Positions 47,742 to 58,005 of a DNA stretch of 64,000 bases are shown here, piece after piece. This DNA is from Acidobacteriota bacterium (lineage in GTDB: Bacteria; Acidobacteriota; Thermoanaerobaculia; Multivoradales; JAGPDF01), in assembly GCA_017860005.1 (NCBI GenBank), contig JAFNAE010000001.1, positions 1,382 through 65,381 of the forward strand. The letters are read 5' to 3'. Position numbers and translations under genes: made by a program. The notes below the pieces were generated by a model that did no database searches, was not told where the DNA came from, and saw only the letters and a list, made by a program, of their open reading frames with translations. Every line of letters begins with the position of its first letter. Position 1 is the first letter of the stretch.

Positions 47742-48452
47742 TCACAGGTCGCCCCCCGGGGGCCGCAGGCGGATCTCCTCCACCGCGACGCTCGGGTCGG
47801 CGTCGAGCGCCCAGAGCACCGCGCGAGCGACTTCAGCGGGCGGGATCATGCGCGTCCGGTCCCATTGCCCCGGCAGGCCGTTCCAGAGCGGGCTGGCGGT
47901 CGCGCCGGGAGTGACCGCGACCACGCGCACGCCGGTGCCCGCGAGCTCCTCGCGCAGGACCTCGACCAGGCCGAGCAGGCCGAACTTGCTCGAGCAATAG
48001 GCCGACCAGCCCGGGAAGGCCCGGCGCGACGCCACCGAGAGCAGCGCCACCAGCACTCCGCGCCGGCGCTCGAGCATGGCGGGCAGGAAGGCGCGCGCCA
48101 GGTTCGCCACGCCCGTGAGGTTGGTGGCCAGGGCCGCCTCGAAATCAGCCGCCGGCGTGGCGAGGAAGGGAGCCACGGACGCGATGCCGGCGGCGGGCAC
48201 GACCTCCTCGACCGGACCGAGCTCGCTCTCCACCCGGATCGCCGCCGCGGCCAGCCCGCCGGCGTCGCGCACGTCCTGGTCGAGCACGAGGCCCCGGGCG
48301 CCCGATTCCGCGAGCACACGCGAGAGCGGCTCGGCGCGGCGTCCGACCAGAGCGAGGCACCGGCCGCGGCGCGCGAGGGCGAGGGCGATCTCCCGTCCGA
48401 TACCCGATCCGGCGCCGCTGACCACGGCGACTCCGACGGGCGGCTGGTTCAT
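47742..48452 (-). CDS. SDR-family oxidoreductase
   Basis: VVSGAGSGIGREIA Rossmann motif and YCSSK catalytic motif; 236 aa. Confidence 0.8.
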   Translation of the reverse strand: MNQPPVGVAVVSGAGSGIGREIALALARRGRCLALVGRRAEPLSRVLAESGARGLVLDQDVRDAGGLAAAAIRVESELGPVEEVVPAAGIASVAPFLATPAADFEAALATNLTGVANLARAFLPAMLERRRGVLVALLSVASRRAFPGWSAYCSSKFGLLGLVEVLREELAGTGVRVVAVTPGATASPLWNGLPGQWDRTRMIPPAEVARAVLWALDADPSVAVEEIRLRPPGGDL

Positions 48453-48508
48453 CGCGTCCGTCTCAGCGGAAGGAATGGAACTGGATGCGGAGTGCGCGGA
48501 GGTGAAAT

Positions 48509-48588
48509 TGGTCGGGACGGCGGGATTCGAACCCGCGACCCCCTGAACCCCATTCAGGTACGCTACCAGGCTGCGCCACGTCCCGACC
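48509..48588 (-). tRNA. tRNA-Pro (anticodon GGG)
   Basis: Reverse complement reads GGTCGGGACGTGGCGCAGCCTGGTAGCGTACCTGAATGGGGTTCAGGGGGTCGCGGGTTCGAATCCCGCCGTCCCGACCA, a cloverleaf with anticodon loop ATGGGGT. Confidence 0.8.
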
Positions 48589-48596
48589 GGAAAATC

Positions 48597-49070
48597 TCAA
48601 CGGTTCTGCTTGTCGAGGAGCGAGAGGATCGCCCGCGCCTCCTTGAGGGCGTCCGCGACCCCTCGTTCGAGGGTTTCTATCCGCTCGCCGGACGACGAGT
48701 CAAGCTTCGCGGCGGCGTGCGGCGTGCCCGAAGCGGTGTCCGTGGCGCCCTCGCCTTCGCCCGCTTCCGGCGCGGCCCCCTCCGTCTCGTGGTTGGCGGG
48801 GAGCGCGTCCGCGCCCGGCTGGTCCGCGCGCGGCGGCGGCTCGGACTCGAGCTTCTTCTTGGCGCCGGCGATCGTGTAGCCCTCTTCGTAGAGCAACTGC
48901 TTGATCCGCCTCAGGACCGCGACCTCCTCCACCGAGTAGGCGCGCCCCGGTCCGTTGGCCCGGTTCCCGGACGACTGGAGAGCGGGGAACTCGGTCTCCC
49001 AGTAGCGCAACACGTAGGGCGGCAGATCCAGCTGCTTGCAGACTTCGGCGAGCTTGAAGGAGCGCTTCAT
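48597..49070 (-). CDS. MerR-family transcriptional regulator
   Basis: MKRSFKLAEVCKQLDLPPYVLRYWETEFP is the MerR HTH; 157 aa with an acidic low-complexity middle. Confidence 0.75.
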   Translation of the reverse strand: MKRSFKLAEVCKQLDLPPYVLRYWETEFPALQSSGNRANGPGRAYSVEEVAVLRRIKQLLYEEGYTIAGAKKKLESEPPPRADQPGADALPANHETEGAAPEAGEGEGATDTASGTPHAAAKLDSSSGERIETLERGVADALKEARAILSLLDKQNR

Positions 49071-49114
49071 CGGTGGCGACCGCGCGGCGGGCCGATCCTA
49101 GAACGCGGGACGGG

Positions 49115-50428
49115 TCAAGTCGAGCGACGCCGGATGACGAGTCGCACCGGCACGCCCCCCAGCCCGAAGCTCTCGCGCAGCCGGTTCTCGAGGTATCTCC
49201 GGTACGAGTGGGTCAGCGGGAGGGCGCGATTGGCGAACAGCATGAAGGTCGGTGGGCCGGTCGCGACCTGCGCGGCGTAGAAGAGCTTCCACTCCCGCTC
49301 CTCGATCCTGGGCGGCTGGTGCTGCCGGATCCAGGACTCGAATGCCCGGTTGAGCTCGCCGGTCGAGATCTCCAGCCGGAAGCCCCGCCGGGCTTCGTCC
49401 ACCGCCGCGAAGATGCGCTCCACGCCGCGGCCGCTGAGCGCCGAGAGGTTGACGCGCGGCGGGCCCGCGAGCAGGCCCTCGAGGCGGGGCCAGGCGAGCT
49501 CGAGGCGCTCGCGGCCCTCATCGTCGAGCAGATCCCACTTGTTGATCGCCACCACGGCCGCCCTGCCGGCCTCCCAGATGGCGCCCGCCACCGCGAGGTC
49601 GCCCGAGGTGATCCCGGCCGGGGCCTCGACCACCAGCACCGCGACTTCGGCGCGCTCGATCTGCCGGCGGGCGAGCATGACCGCGAGCTCCTCCGGTGCG
49701 TCCGCGGCCTTGCTGCGCCTGCGGATGCCGGCGGTATCGATCAGCAGGTAGCGGCGATCGTCGCGAATCACCAGGGTGTCGATCGGATCGCGGGTCGTGC
49801 CCGCCGTCGGCGACACGAGCGTGCGCTCCTCTCCGACCAGGCGATTCAGGAGCGAGGACTTGCCGACGTTGGGTCGGCCCACGATGGCGACCGCGACGCC
49901 GCCCGGCTCGGGCTCCGCCGGGGCCTCGAGCGGCGGCAGCGCTGCGCTCACCCGCTCGACGAGCGCGCCGATCCCCACGCCGTGCTCCGCGGACACCGCC
50001 ACCGGCTCGCCCAGCCCGAGCGCCCAGAATTCGCTCGCCGCCTCGGCGGCGCGCCGCACGTCGGTCTTGTTCACCACCAGGATCAGCGGCTTGCCCTGCG
50101 GCCGCAGTGCCGCGAGTACGCGCTCGTCGGCGGTGGTCAGGCCCTCGACTCCGTCCACCACCAGCAGCACCAGGTCGCAGGCTCCGACCGCGATCATCAC
50201 CTGCTCACCGAGGCCGAGCGGGTCGTCGCCCGGCACCAGTCCGCCGGTGTCGATCCACTCGACCGGCCGCCCCGCCTCGACCTCGCCGCGCGCGACGATG
50301 CGGTCACGCGTGACCCCGGGCCGGTCGTGCACGATGGCCTGCCGCCGCCCCACCAGGCGGTTGAACAGCGTCGACTTGCCCACGTTCGGCCGGCCCACGA
50401 TGGCCACCGAAGGAGTGAGCGCGGTCAC
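49115..50428 (-). CDS. der: ribosome biogenesis GTPase Der (EngA)
   Basis: Two G domains (VAIVGRPNVGKSTLFN and VAIVGRPNVGKSSLLN) and a KH-like C-terminus. I prefer GTG at 50428 (VTALTPSVAIVG...), which overlaps the upstream stop (GTGA); an ATG at 50473 is the alternative. Confidence 0.85.
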   Translation of the reverse strand: MTALTPSVAIVGRPNVGKSTLFNRLVGRRQAIVHDRPGVTRDRIVARGEVEAGRPVEWIDTGGLVPGDDPLGLGEQVMIAVGACDLVLLVVDGVEGLTTADERVLAALRPQGKPLILVVNKTDVRRAAEAASEFWALGLGEPVAVSAEHGVGIGALVERVSAALPPLEAPAEPEPGGVAVAIVGRPNVGKSSLLNRLVGEERTLVSPTAGTTRDPIDTLVIRDDRRYLLIDTAGIRRRSKAADAPEELAVMLARRQIERAEVAVLVVEAPAGITSGDLAVAGAIWEAGRAAVVAINKWDLLDDEGRERLELAWPRLEGLLAGPPRVNLSALSGRGVERIFAAVDEARRGFRLEISTGELNRAFESWIRQHQPPRIEEREWKLFYAAQVATGPPTFMLFANRALPLTHSYRRYLENRLRESFGLGGVPVRLVIRRRST

Positions 50429-50901
50429 GGCCCTTCGGTCGAGGACTTGAGCAGGCGCGAGAGCACCCACCACCGCCCCCGCTCGCGCATCAGGGAGTAG
50501 ACGACCCGGTTCTCCTGGCCCTTCGACTCCGCGACCGTCTGCTCGGAGCCGACCGCCACCATGGTCAGATCCCAGGTCTCGATCGTGGTCGCGGTGGCGC
50601 CGGTGCCGCTGTGCGCCTCGACGCTCTCGACCACCATGCGCACCAGCTTCGGCCGGAGCGCTCGCCCCTGTTCGGACAGCTCGCGGATGCGCACCGTCAC
50701 GCGCGTGGTCTCCCGGCCGGTCGCGATCTCGGCGAGCGGCGCCGCGTCGCCGGTCTGGTAGCAGAGAGTCAGGCGCTCGGCATAGTCGGCGAGGAGCTTC
50801 TCGACCTCGGCACGGTCCGCGGCGGCCCGTTCCGGCGAAGGTCCGCAGCCGGCGAGCAACGCCAGGAGGAGGCCGAGAACGGCGCGGGCGGAGGTCTTCA
50901 C
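50425..50901 (-). CDS. hypothetical lipoprotein
   Basis: Lipobox LLAGCG; 158 aa; no recognisable catalytic motifs. Confidence 0.5.
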   Translation of the reverse strand: MKTSARAVLGLLLALLAGCGPSPERAAADRAEVEKLLADYAERLTLCYQTGDAAPLAEIATGRETTRVTVRIRELSEQGRALRPKLVRMVVESVEAHSGTGATATTIETWDLTMVAVGSEQTVAESKGQENRVVYSLMRERGRWWVLSRLLKSSTEGP

Positions 50902-50936
50902 GCCCGGCAGTCTAACGAATCAGGGGGCGGTTTCGG

Positions 50937-50965
50937 TTGACAGGCGCGGGAGCGGGGCTTAGGAT
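50937..50965 (+). promoter_or_regulatory. sigma-70 promoter of tRNA-Leu(CAG): TTGACA-17 bp-TAGGAT
   Basis: Perfect -35 TTGACA (50937-50942), 17-nt spacer and -10 TAGGAT (50960-50965); the predicted TSS is a few nt before tRNA position 1. Confidence 0.55.
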
Positions 50966-50975
50966 CCCCGTTCGC

Positions 50976-51062
50976 GCGAAAGTGGCGGAATTGGTAGACG
51001 CGCAAGATTCAGGATCTTGTGGTCGCAAGGCCGTGGGGGTTCGAGTCCCCCCTTTCGCACCA
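50976..51062 (+). tRNA. tRNA-Leu (anticodon CAG)
   Basis: GCGAAAGTGGCGGAATTGGTAGACGCGCAAGATTCAGGATCTTG...GGGGTTCGAGTCCCCCCTTTCGCACCA. The acceptor stem pairs 7/7 and it is colinear with E. coli tRNA-Leu(CAG), including the class II variable arm. Confidence 0.85.
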
Positions 51063-51082
51063 AGCCTTCCCGAGCTCCGGCC

Positions 51083-51451
51083 TCAGATCTCGGCGAGCAC
51101 CACGGTCGCGCCGCCCAGCGGCGCGCCGTCGAGGGTGAGCCGTCCCCTGACCCGCACCAGGGCGCCCCAGCGCGCCTCGAGAGAGACCGCGACCTCGACG
51201 GTCTCTCCGGGCTCGGGCGCGCGCACGACCTCCGCGTCCTCGATCGCCGCCAACGCCAGCCGCTTCTCCTCCCCACCGCCGTCCGGCGCGAGCAGCAACG
51301 CCGCGCCCTGCGCGATCGCCTCGATCAGCCACCCGGCGGGTGCTCCGCCGCCGTCCCGCGACCAGGTGCCGTTGGCGGTCAGGCGCAGGAGCGCCCGGCC
51401 GTCGGCCGTGCGGTCGATGAAGCGGAAGGGATAGCGGTGCGGGAGCTTCAA
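51083..51451 (-). CDS. hotdog-fold protein with FabZ-like N-terminal motif (3-hydroxyacyl-ACP dehydratase-like)
   Basis: LKLPHRYPFRFIDR then WLIEAIAQGAALL. The canonical GHFP histidine motif is not evident. TTG start overlaps the ACP stop (TTGA). Confidence 0.5.
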   Translation of the reverse strand: MKLPHRYPFRFIDRTADGRALLRLTANGTWSRDGGGAPAGWLIEAIAQGAALLLAPDGGGEEKRLALAAIEDAEVVRAPEPGETVEVAVSLEARWGALVRVRGRLTLDGAPLGGATVVLAEI

Positions 51452-51738
51452 GTCGGACGCGCGACCGGGCTCCCGCCGCGCGCGACCACGAAGTCGGCGA
51501 GCCTGTCGACCGAGCCGAGTGCCTCGCCGCCGACCTCCTCGTTCTCGATCTTGACCCCGAACTCCTGCTCGACGCCGAGCACGAGCTCGAGCGCGTCGAT
51601 CGAGTCGAGACCGAGCCCGTCGGGACCGAACAGCGGTTCGTCGTCGCCGATCGACTCGGGCGCGCGATCGAGCTTCAGCCGCTCGACCAGGAGCTCCTTG
51701 ATGCGGCGCTTGAGATCTGCAGGGGCTTCGACGCTCAT
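51448..51738 (-). CDS. acyl carrier protein (dedicated/secondary ACP)
   Basis: LGLDSIDALELV carries the phosphopantetheine Ser in the DSI motif; 96 aa with a C-terminal extension. Confidence 0.8.
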   Translation of the reverse strand: MSVEAPADLKRRIKELLVERLKLDRAPESIGDDEPLFGPDGLGLDSIDALELVLGVEQEFGVKIENEEVGGEALGSVDRLADFVVARGGSPVARPT

Positions 51739-51779
51739 CGCTCTGGAATCGTATCACCGCGGCGCGGCGCGCGCGGCGC

Positions 51780-52517
51780 TCAGAGCATGACCAGTCCGCC
51801 GTCGACCGCGAGCGTCTGACCGGTGACGTACGACGCGGCGTCGGAGGCGAGGAATCCGATCGCCGAGGCGATCTCCTCGGGGCGGCCGATGCGGCCGAGC
51901 GGGACTCCCTTGAGGTAGTCCTCGAGCTTCCTGGCGGGGAGCTGGGCGAGCAGCTCGGTGTCGACGAAGCCGGGAGCGACCGCGTTGACGGTCACGCCGA
52001 AGGGCGCCGCCTCGCGGGCGAACGCCTTGACGAAGCCGAGCAGCCCCGCCTTCGCCGCGCTGTAGTGCGTCTGGCCCACCTGACCCACCAGGGCGCTCGC
52101 GCTCGACACCGCCACGACCCGGCCCCAGCGGCGTGCGTACATGCCGCGTGCCACGGCGCGCGCGACGCGGTACGCGGCGCTCAGGTTGACGTCGAGGATG
52201 GCGTCCCAGTCCTCCTCGCGCAGGAACGGCAGCAGAGCGTCCCGGATCGTGCCGGCATTGAGCACCAGGACCTGGATCGCGCCGAGCTCCTCACCGACCC
52301 GCGCCAGCACGGCCGCGGTGGCGGAGCGGTCCCGGAGGTCGAGAGCGTAGGCAGCGCCGCCGATCTCGGCAGCGAGCGTCTCGGCGGCCTCGCGCTGACG
52401 AAGATAGGTGATCGCGACGCGGCAGCCCTGCGCGGCCAGCACACGGGCGGTGGCGGCCCCGATGCCTGCGCTGGCGCCGGTGACCAGAGCGACGCGGAGC
52501 TCGGCCAGCGGGCTCAT
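51780..52517 (-). CDS. 3-oxoacyl-ACP reductase (FabG-like SDR)
   Basis: VALVTGASAGIGAATA and catalytic YSAAK; 246 aa. Confidence 0.85.
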   Translation of the reverse strand: MSPLAELRVALVTGASAGIGAATARVLAAQGCRVAITYLRQREAAETLAAEIGGAAYALDLRDRSATAAVLARVGEELGAIQVLVLNAGTIRDALLPFLREEDWDAILDVNLSAAYRVARAVARGMYARRWGRVVAVSSASALVGQVGQTHYSAAKAGLLGFVKAFAREAAPFGVTVNAVAPGFVDTELLAQLPARKLEDYLKGVPLGRIGRPEEIASAIGFLASDAASYVTGQTLAVDGGLVML

Positions 52518-53476
52518 CCGTGCCGCACCAGGGACGCCGCCAGGGGTGTTCCCGGCGCCGCCGACGCAGGTTCGGTCTCGGGCAGCGCCGACCCGCCCGC
52601 GCGCGCCTCGGCCGCGATCTCGGCCAGCGGCCGCAGCTCGAGGTCGGCGAGGACGCCTTCGAGGCGGGCACCCCAGCCGCGCCGGCCCGCCTCGTGGAAG
52701 AAGCGGGCGAAGCCCGTGTAGAGCCCGGGCAGCGGCCGGTCCACGAGCTCCCAGGGGTGCACCACGAGCAGCGCGAACGACGAGCCCTGCGCCGCGCGGC
52801 GAAGCCACGACGGCGGCGCGCAGCGCGCGCACCAGCCTCCCGCCGGCAGCCCGAGCCGCCCACCCCAGACCAGCGGCGGGAGCTCCAGGATCCGCGCGCC
52901 GTGCTGCCAGGTCAGGGCGGCCGGCTGGCGGGGATTGGCGCGCGAGCCGGCGCCGGGCGACGCCATCAGCGAGCTGTCGTAGGCGAAGCCGAGCTCGGCG
53001 ATCACGCGCAGACGGGGATTGGCGAGGTTGCGCAGCGACCACTCGGGGGCGCGGAATCCGACCACCGCGCGGCCGATGATCTGCTCCAGGGTCGCCCGGG
53101 CGCGCTCGACGTCGGCGCGGAAGCGCGCGACGGGGCGATCGTCGGCGCGCAGATGGAGGCGTCCGTGGCAGGCGACCTCGTGGCCGGCCTCGGCGACCTC
53201 CCGCACCCGCCCCGGCAGGCGCTCTGCGACCTCCCCGAGCACGAAGAAGGTGGCGCGCAGGCCGAGCGTCGAGAAGCGGGCGAGCGTCTCGGGCAGGAGC
53301 CGATCGAGCTCTTCGACGAGCGGCGGCCGCCGCTCCGGGTCGACGTACTCGGGCACCCAGCAGGAGTGGTACCACTCCTCGACGTCGACCGAGAGCGCAC
53401 GGCCGGCCGCGCCGGGCAGGAGCCGGATCTCAGGCCGGTCCGGGGTCGTCGAAGACCTTGAAGTAGATCGCCGCAC
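52514..53476 (-). CDS. polysaccharide deacetylase family protein (NodB-homology)
   Basis: LSVDVEEWYH N-terminal motif then RAPEWS ... GFAYDSS. Start ambiguous: GTG at 53476, or ATG at 53527 overlapping the upstream gene. Its stop overlaps the fabG start. Confidence 0.65.
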   Translation of the reverse strand: MRRSTSRSSTTPDRPEIRLLPGAAGRALSVDVEEWYHSCWVPEYVDPERRPPLVEELDRLLPETLARFSTLGLRATFFVLGEVAERLPGRVREVAEAGHEVACHGRLHLRADDRPVARFRADVERARATLEQIIGRAVVGFRAPEWSLRNLANPRLRVIAELGFAYDSSLMASPGAGSRANPRQPAALTWQHGARILELPPLVWGGRLGLPAGGWCARCAPPSWLRRAAQGSSFALLVVHPWELVDRPLPGLYTGFARFFHEAGRRGWGARLEGVLADLELRPLAEIAAEARAGGSALPETEPASAAPGTPLAASLVRHG

Positions 53477-54129
53477 AGGAAATCCGGACGGTGTCGAGAA
53501 CCGGGCGGAAGTGGCTGCCGCCGTCATTATAGATGGTGCTCACCCGCACGTGCTCGAAGCGCGCGCCCATGCGTGCCGCCTTGATCAGCATCTCCGACTC
53601 GACCGCGTAGCCGTCGGAGCGGAGGCAGAGCCGTCGAGCCAGGGAGGAGGAGAGCAGCCGGTAACCCGACTGCGAGTCCTCGAGCTCCCTGCCCGTCATC
53701 CAGGTCAGGACCCGGGAGCCGATGTAGTTGGTCCAGAAGCGGGAGGAGGGGATCCGCTCGCGGTCGGCGAGCCGCGACCCGATCACCAGATCCGCGTGCC
53801 GCGCGTCCCACACCGCGAGCAGCCGGGGCAGGTCGGCCGGATCGTGCTGCCCGTCGGCGTCGAGCAGGGCCAGGGCCGATTCCGCGCCGCCGAGCGCCCG
53901 CTCGATGCCGACGCGCAGCGCGTGTCCTTTGCCCCGGTTGCCCGGCAGCGAGAGGACCTCGGCGCCCGCCGCGCGCGCGAGCTCGGCCGTCGCGTCCCGG
54001 CTGCCGTCGTCGACGACCACGACGCGCTCGAGGTGACGCCTCACCCCGGCTACGACCGCACCCACCGTGGCTTCGCACTGGTAGGCCGGAATCACGGCGC
54101 AGACGTCTGCTCGCGGCACGGAATGCGGT
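53430..54129 (-). CDS. family 2 glycosyltransferase (polyprenyl-phosphate sugar transferase-like, DPM1/ArnC-like)
   Basis: VIPAYQCE ... VVVDDGSRD ... DADGQHDP are GT-A motifs. I prefer GTG at 54129; the ATG at 54206 would add a lower-GC N-terminal extension that looks non-coding. Confidence 0.75.
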
Positions 54130-54208
54130 CTTATAGCACACGCTCGCGAAGCGCTCGGAAGGGCCGTCCCTCTTGTCAGCACGAAGCGGCTTGTGACAGT
54201 CTTCACGA

Positions 54209-54601
54209 GTGCCAGGAGACTACCTCCCGATCCTGCTCTCGCTCGGCATCGCGATCGCGCTCGGCGCCGGCCTGATCTGGTTCTCGTGGGCGTCCGGGCT
54301 CAAGACCGGCGGGCGGGTCAAGTACTCGACCTACGAATCCGGAGTGCCGCTCCTCGACCGCTCGCGCAAGCGGCTCTCGATCGCCTTCTTCCTGATCGCC
54401 ATCGACTTCGTGGTCTTCGACGTCGAGGCCGCCTTCCTCTACCCGTGGACGCTGCACGTGCGCGAGGGCGGTTGGCCGCTGTTCTGGGCCGTGATGGTCT
54501 TCGTGCTGCTCATCGTCGCCGGATACGCGTACGTCTGGCGCAAGGGCGGCCTCGAGGTCGCCACGCGGGTCGCGCGCGGAATCGGAGGAACGCCCCGGTG
54601 A
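54209..54601 (+). CDS. nuoA: NADH-quinone oxidoreductase subunit A
   Basis: 130 aa; IAFFLIAIDFVVFDVEAAFLYPW is the conserved NuoA/ND3 core. RBS aggag lies 7 nt before the GTG. Confidence 0.85.
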   Translation: MPGDYLPILLSLGIAIALGAGLIWFSWASGLKTGGRVKYSTYESGVPLLDRSRKRLSIAFFLIAIDFVVFDVEAAFLYPWTLHVREGGWPLFWAVMVFVLLIVAGYAYVWRKGGLEVATRVARGIGGTPR

Positions 54602-55086
54602 GCGATGGTGGGCGCAACTCCCTTCCGGCCGAGGTCGCAGCCGAGATCGAGGCGCTGCGCCCACGCTACCCCACCGAGGAGGCGCTCCTGCTCCCGGCCC
54701 TGCACCTGATGCAGAAGGCGGCCGGTGGCTGGCTCTCGCAAGCGTCGATCGCGGCGGTGGCCGAGCACCTCGGCCTGCCCCCCTCCAAGGTCGCGGGCGT
54801 GGTTTCTTTCTACGACATGTTCCACGAGCATCCGGTCGGGCGCCACCGCGTCCGGCTCTGTACGAACCTCTCTTGCCAGCTGCGCGGCTCCGATCAGCTC
54901 ATGGACGTCCTGCGCGCCGAGCTCGGGGTCGGTCCCGGCGAGGTCACCGGCGACGGCCGCTGCTCGTGGGTCGAGTTCGAATGTCTCGGCTCGTGCGACA
55001 CGGCGCCGATGGCGATGATCGACGACGACTACCACGAGAATCTCACTCCCGACCGGCTGCGCGCCGCGCTCAAGGGACTGGACTGA
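54598..55086 (+). CDS. nuoE: NADH-quinone oxidoreductase subunit E (24-kDa subunit, 2Fe-2S)
   Basis: Thioredoxin-like ferredoxin with Cys ligands CTNLSCQLRG ... CLGSCDTAP; GTG overlaps the nuoA stop. Confidence 0.85.
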   Translation: MSDGGRNSLPAEVAAEIEALRPRYPTEEALLLPALHLMQKAAGGWLSQASIAAVAEHLGLPPSKVAGVVSFYDMFHEHPVGRHRVRLCTNLSCQLRGSDQLMDVLRAELGVGPGEVTGDGRCSWVEFECLGSCDTAPMAMIDDDYHENLTPDRLRAALKGLD

Positions 55087-55087
55087 C

Positions 55088-56385
<1,298 letters not shown>

Positions 56386-56386
<1 letters not shown>

Positions 56387-58005
56387 TGCCCATCGTCACG
56401 ATCGACGATCGCACCCTCGAAGTCCCGACCGGGACCAATCTGGTCGAGGCCGCCTCCCGGGTCGGAGTGCAGATCCCTCACTACTGCTATCACCCGCGAC
56501 TGTCGGTGGTCGGCCAGTGCCGGATGTGCATGGTCGAGATCCAGGGCATGCCCAAGCTCCAGGCGGCCTGCTCGACCCAGGTCGTGCGCGACGGCATGGT
56601 GGTGCGCACCAGCTCCGAAACCGCTGCCGAGGCGCAGCGCGCGATCATGGAGTTCCTGCTCATCAACCATCCCCTGGACTGCCCCATCTGCGACCAGGCC
56701 GGGGAATGCGGACTGCAGGACTATTCCTTCAAGCACGGGCAGGCCTTCTCGCGCTTCCGCTTCGAGGAGAAGCGCACCTACCCCGAGAAGGAGCGCATCC
56801 CGCTCGGTCCGCACGTGATGCTGAACATGAACCGGTGCATCCAGTGCACGCGCTGCATCCGGTTCACCCACGAGGTGACGAAGACCGGCGAGCTCTCGTT
56901 CTTCGAGCGCGGTTCGCACGCCGAGATCGGCACCTTCCCGGACAAGCCGCTCGACAACCCGCTCTCGACCTGCGTGGTCGACATCTGCCCGGTGGGCGCC
57001 CTGACCTCGACCCGCTTCCGCTTCGCCGAGCGCGTCTGGTACCTGGACAAGAAGCCCTCGATCTGCACCGGCTGCGACGCCGGCTGCAACATCACGCTGG
57101 AGCACCGGCGCGGCGCGATCCGGCGCTACAAGCCGCGCTTCAATCCCGAGGTCAACGACTACTGGATGTGCGACTTCGGCCGCGCCACCCACGAGCGCTA
57201 CCAGGAGCTGCCGCGCCTGGCGGTGCCGCGGCTGCGCAAGGACGGCGAGGTCGTGGCCGTGGGCTGGCGCGAGGCCCTCGATGCCCTCTTCCACGCCCTG
57301 CGCGCCAAGCGCGCCGACGGCGCCACCGCGCTCCTCGGCTCGGGCTTCCTGAGCACCGAGGAGGCCTGGCTCCTGCGCCGGCTCGCGGGCTTCGTCGAAA
57401 CGCCCCACTTCTCGATCTGGACCGACAGCGGCCCGGCGCGCGCCATCCCCAACCCGGCCGGCGGTATCGTCGGGCGCGAGGCCGCGCCGAACCGCCGCGG
57501 CGCCGAGCTGGCGGGACTGGTGGCGGAGGAAGGGGGTCTCGACGCCGAGGCGCTCCTGCTCGGGGACGGCGCTTCGCGCTGCGCGACGCTCCTGGTCGCC
57601 GATTCCGACTTCGGCAAGGCGGCGCACGACCCCAAGATCGTCGAGCGGCTGCGCGCGGCGCACTTCCTCGCCGTGATGGGCTGGGCCGACACGCCCCTGG
57701 CTCGCGCGGCGGATCTCGTGCTGCCGGTCGCGACCCATGCCGAGCGGGACGGCACCTTCGTCAACGTCAACGGGCGCCTGCAGCGCTTCGAGCGCGCCTT
57801 CCCGCCGCCTTCGCACGTGCGGCCCGCGATCGAGGTGCTCGCCGACCTGCTCTCGCGCTTCGACCCGAAGTGGGCTTCGGTCTCCACCGCCGTGGTCTTC
57901 GACCTGCTCGCCGAGGAGCTGCCCGCTCTGGCCGGCCTGCGCTGGGCGGAGATCCCCGCCACCGGCGTGCCGATCGTCCATGCCTCCGCGGGGGCCGCGC
58001 CGTGA
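56386..58005 (+). CDS. nuoG: NADH-quinone oxidoreductase subunit G (75-kDa Fe-S subunit), short 539-aa form
   Basis: 2Fe-2S CYHPRLSVVGQCRMC, the His-ligated cluster HPLDCPICDQAGEC and 4Fe-4S CIQCTRCIRF ... CPVGAL. Shorter than typical 700-900-aa NuoG. Confidence 0.85.

Noticed and set aside
47109-49280. 723-aa plus-strand ORF across ribH, the SDR gene, tRNA-Pro and the merR region
   Set aside because: It runs antisense to four supported genes, including a tRNA.
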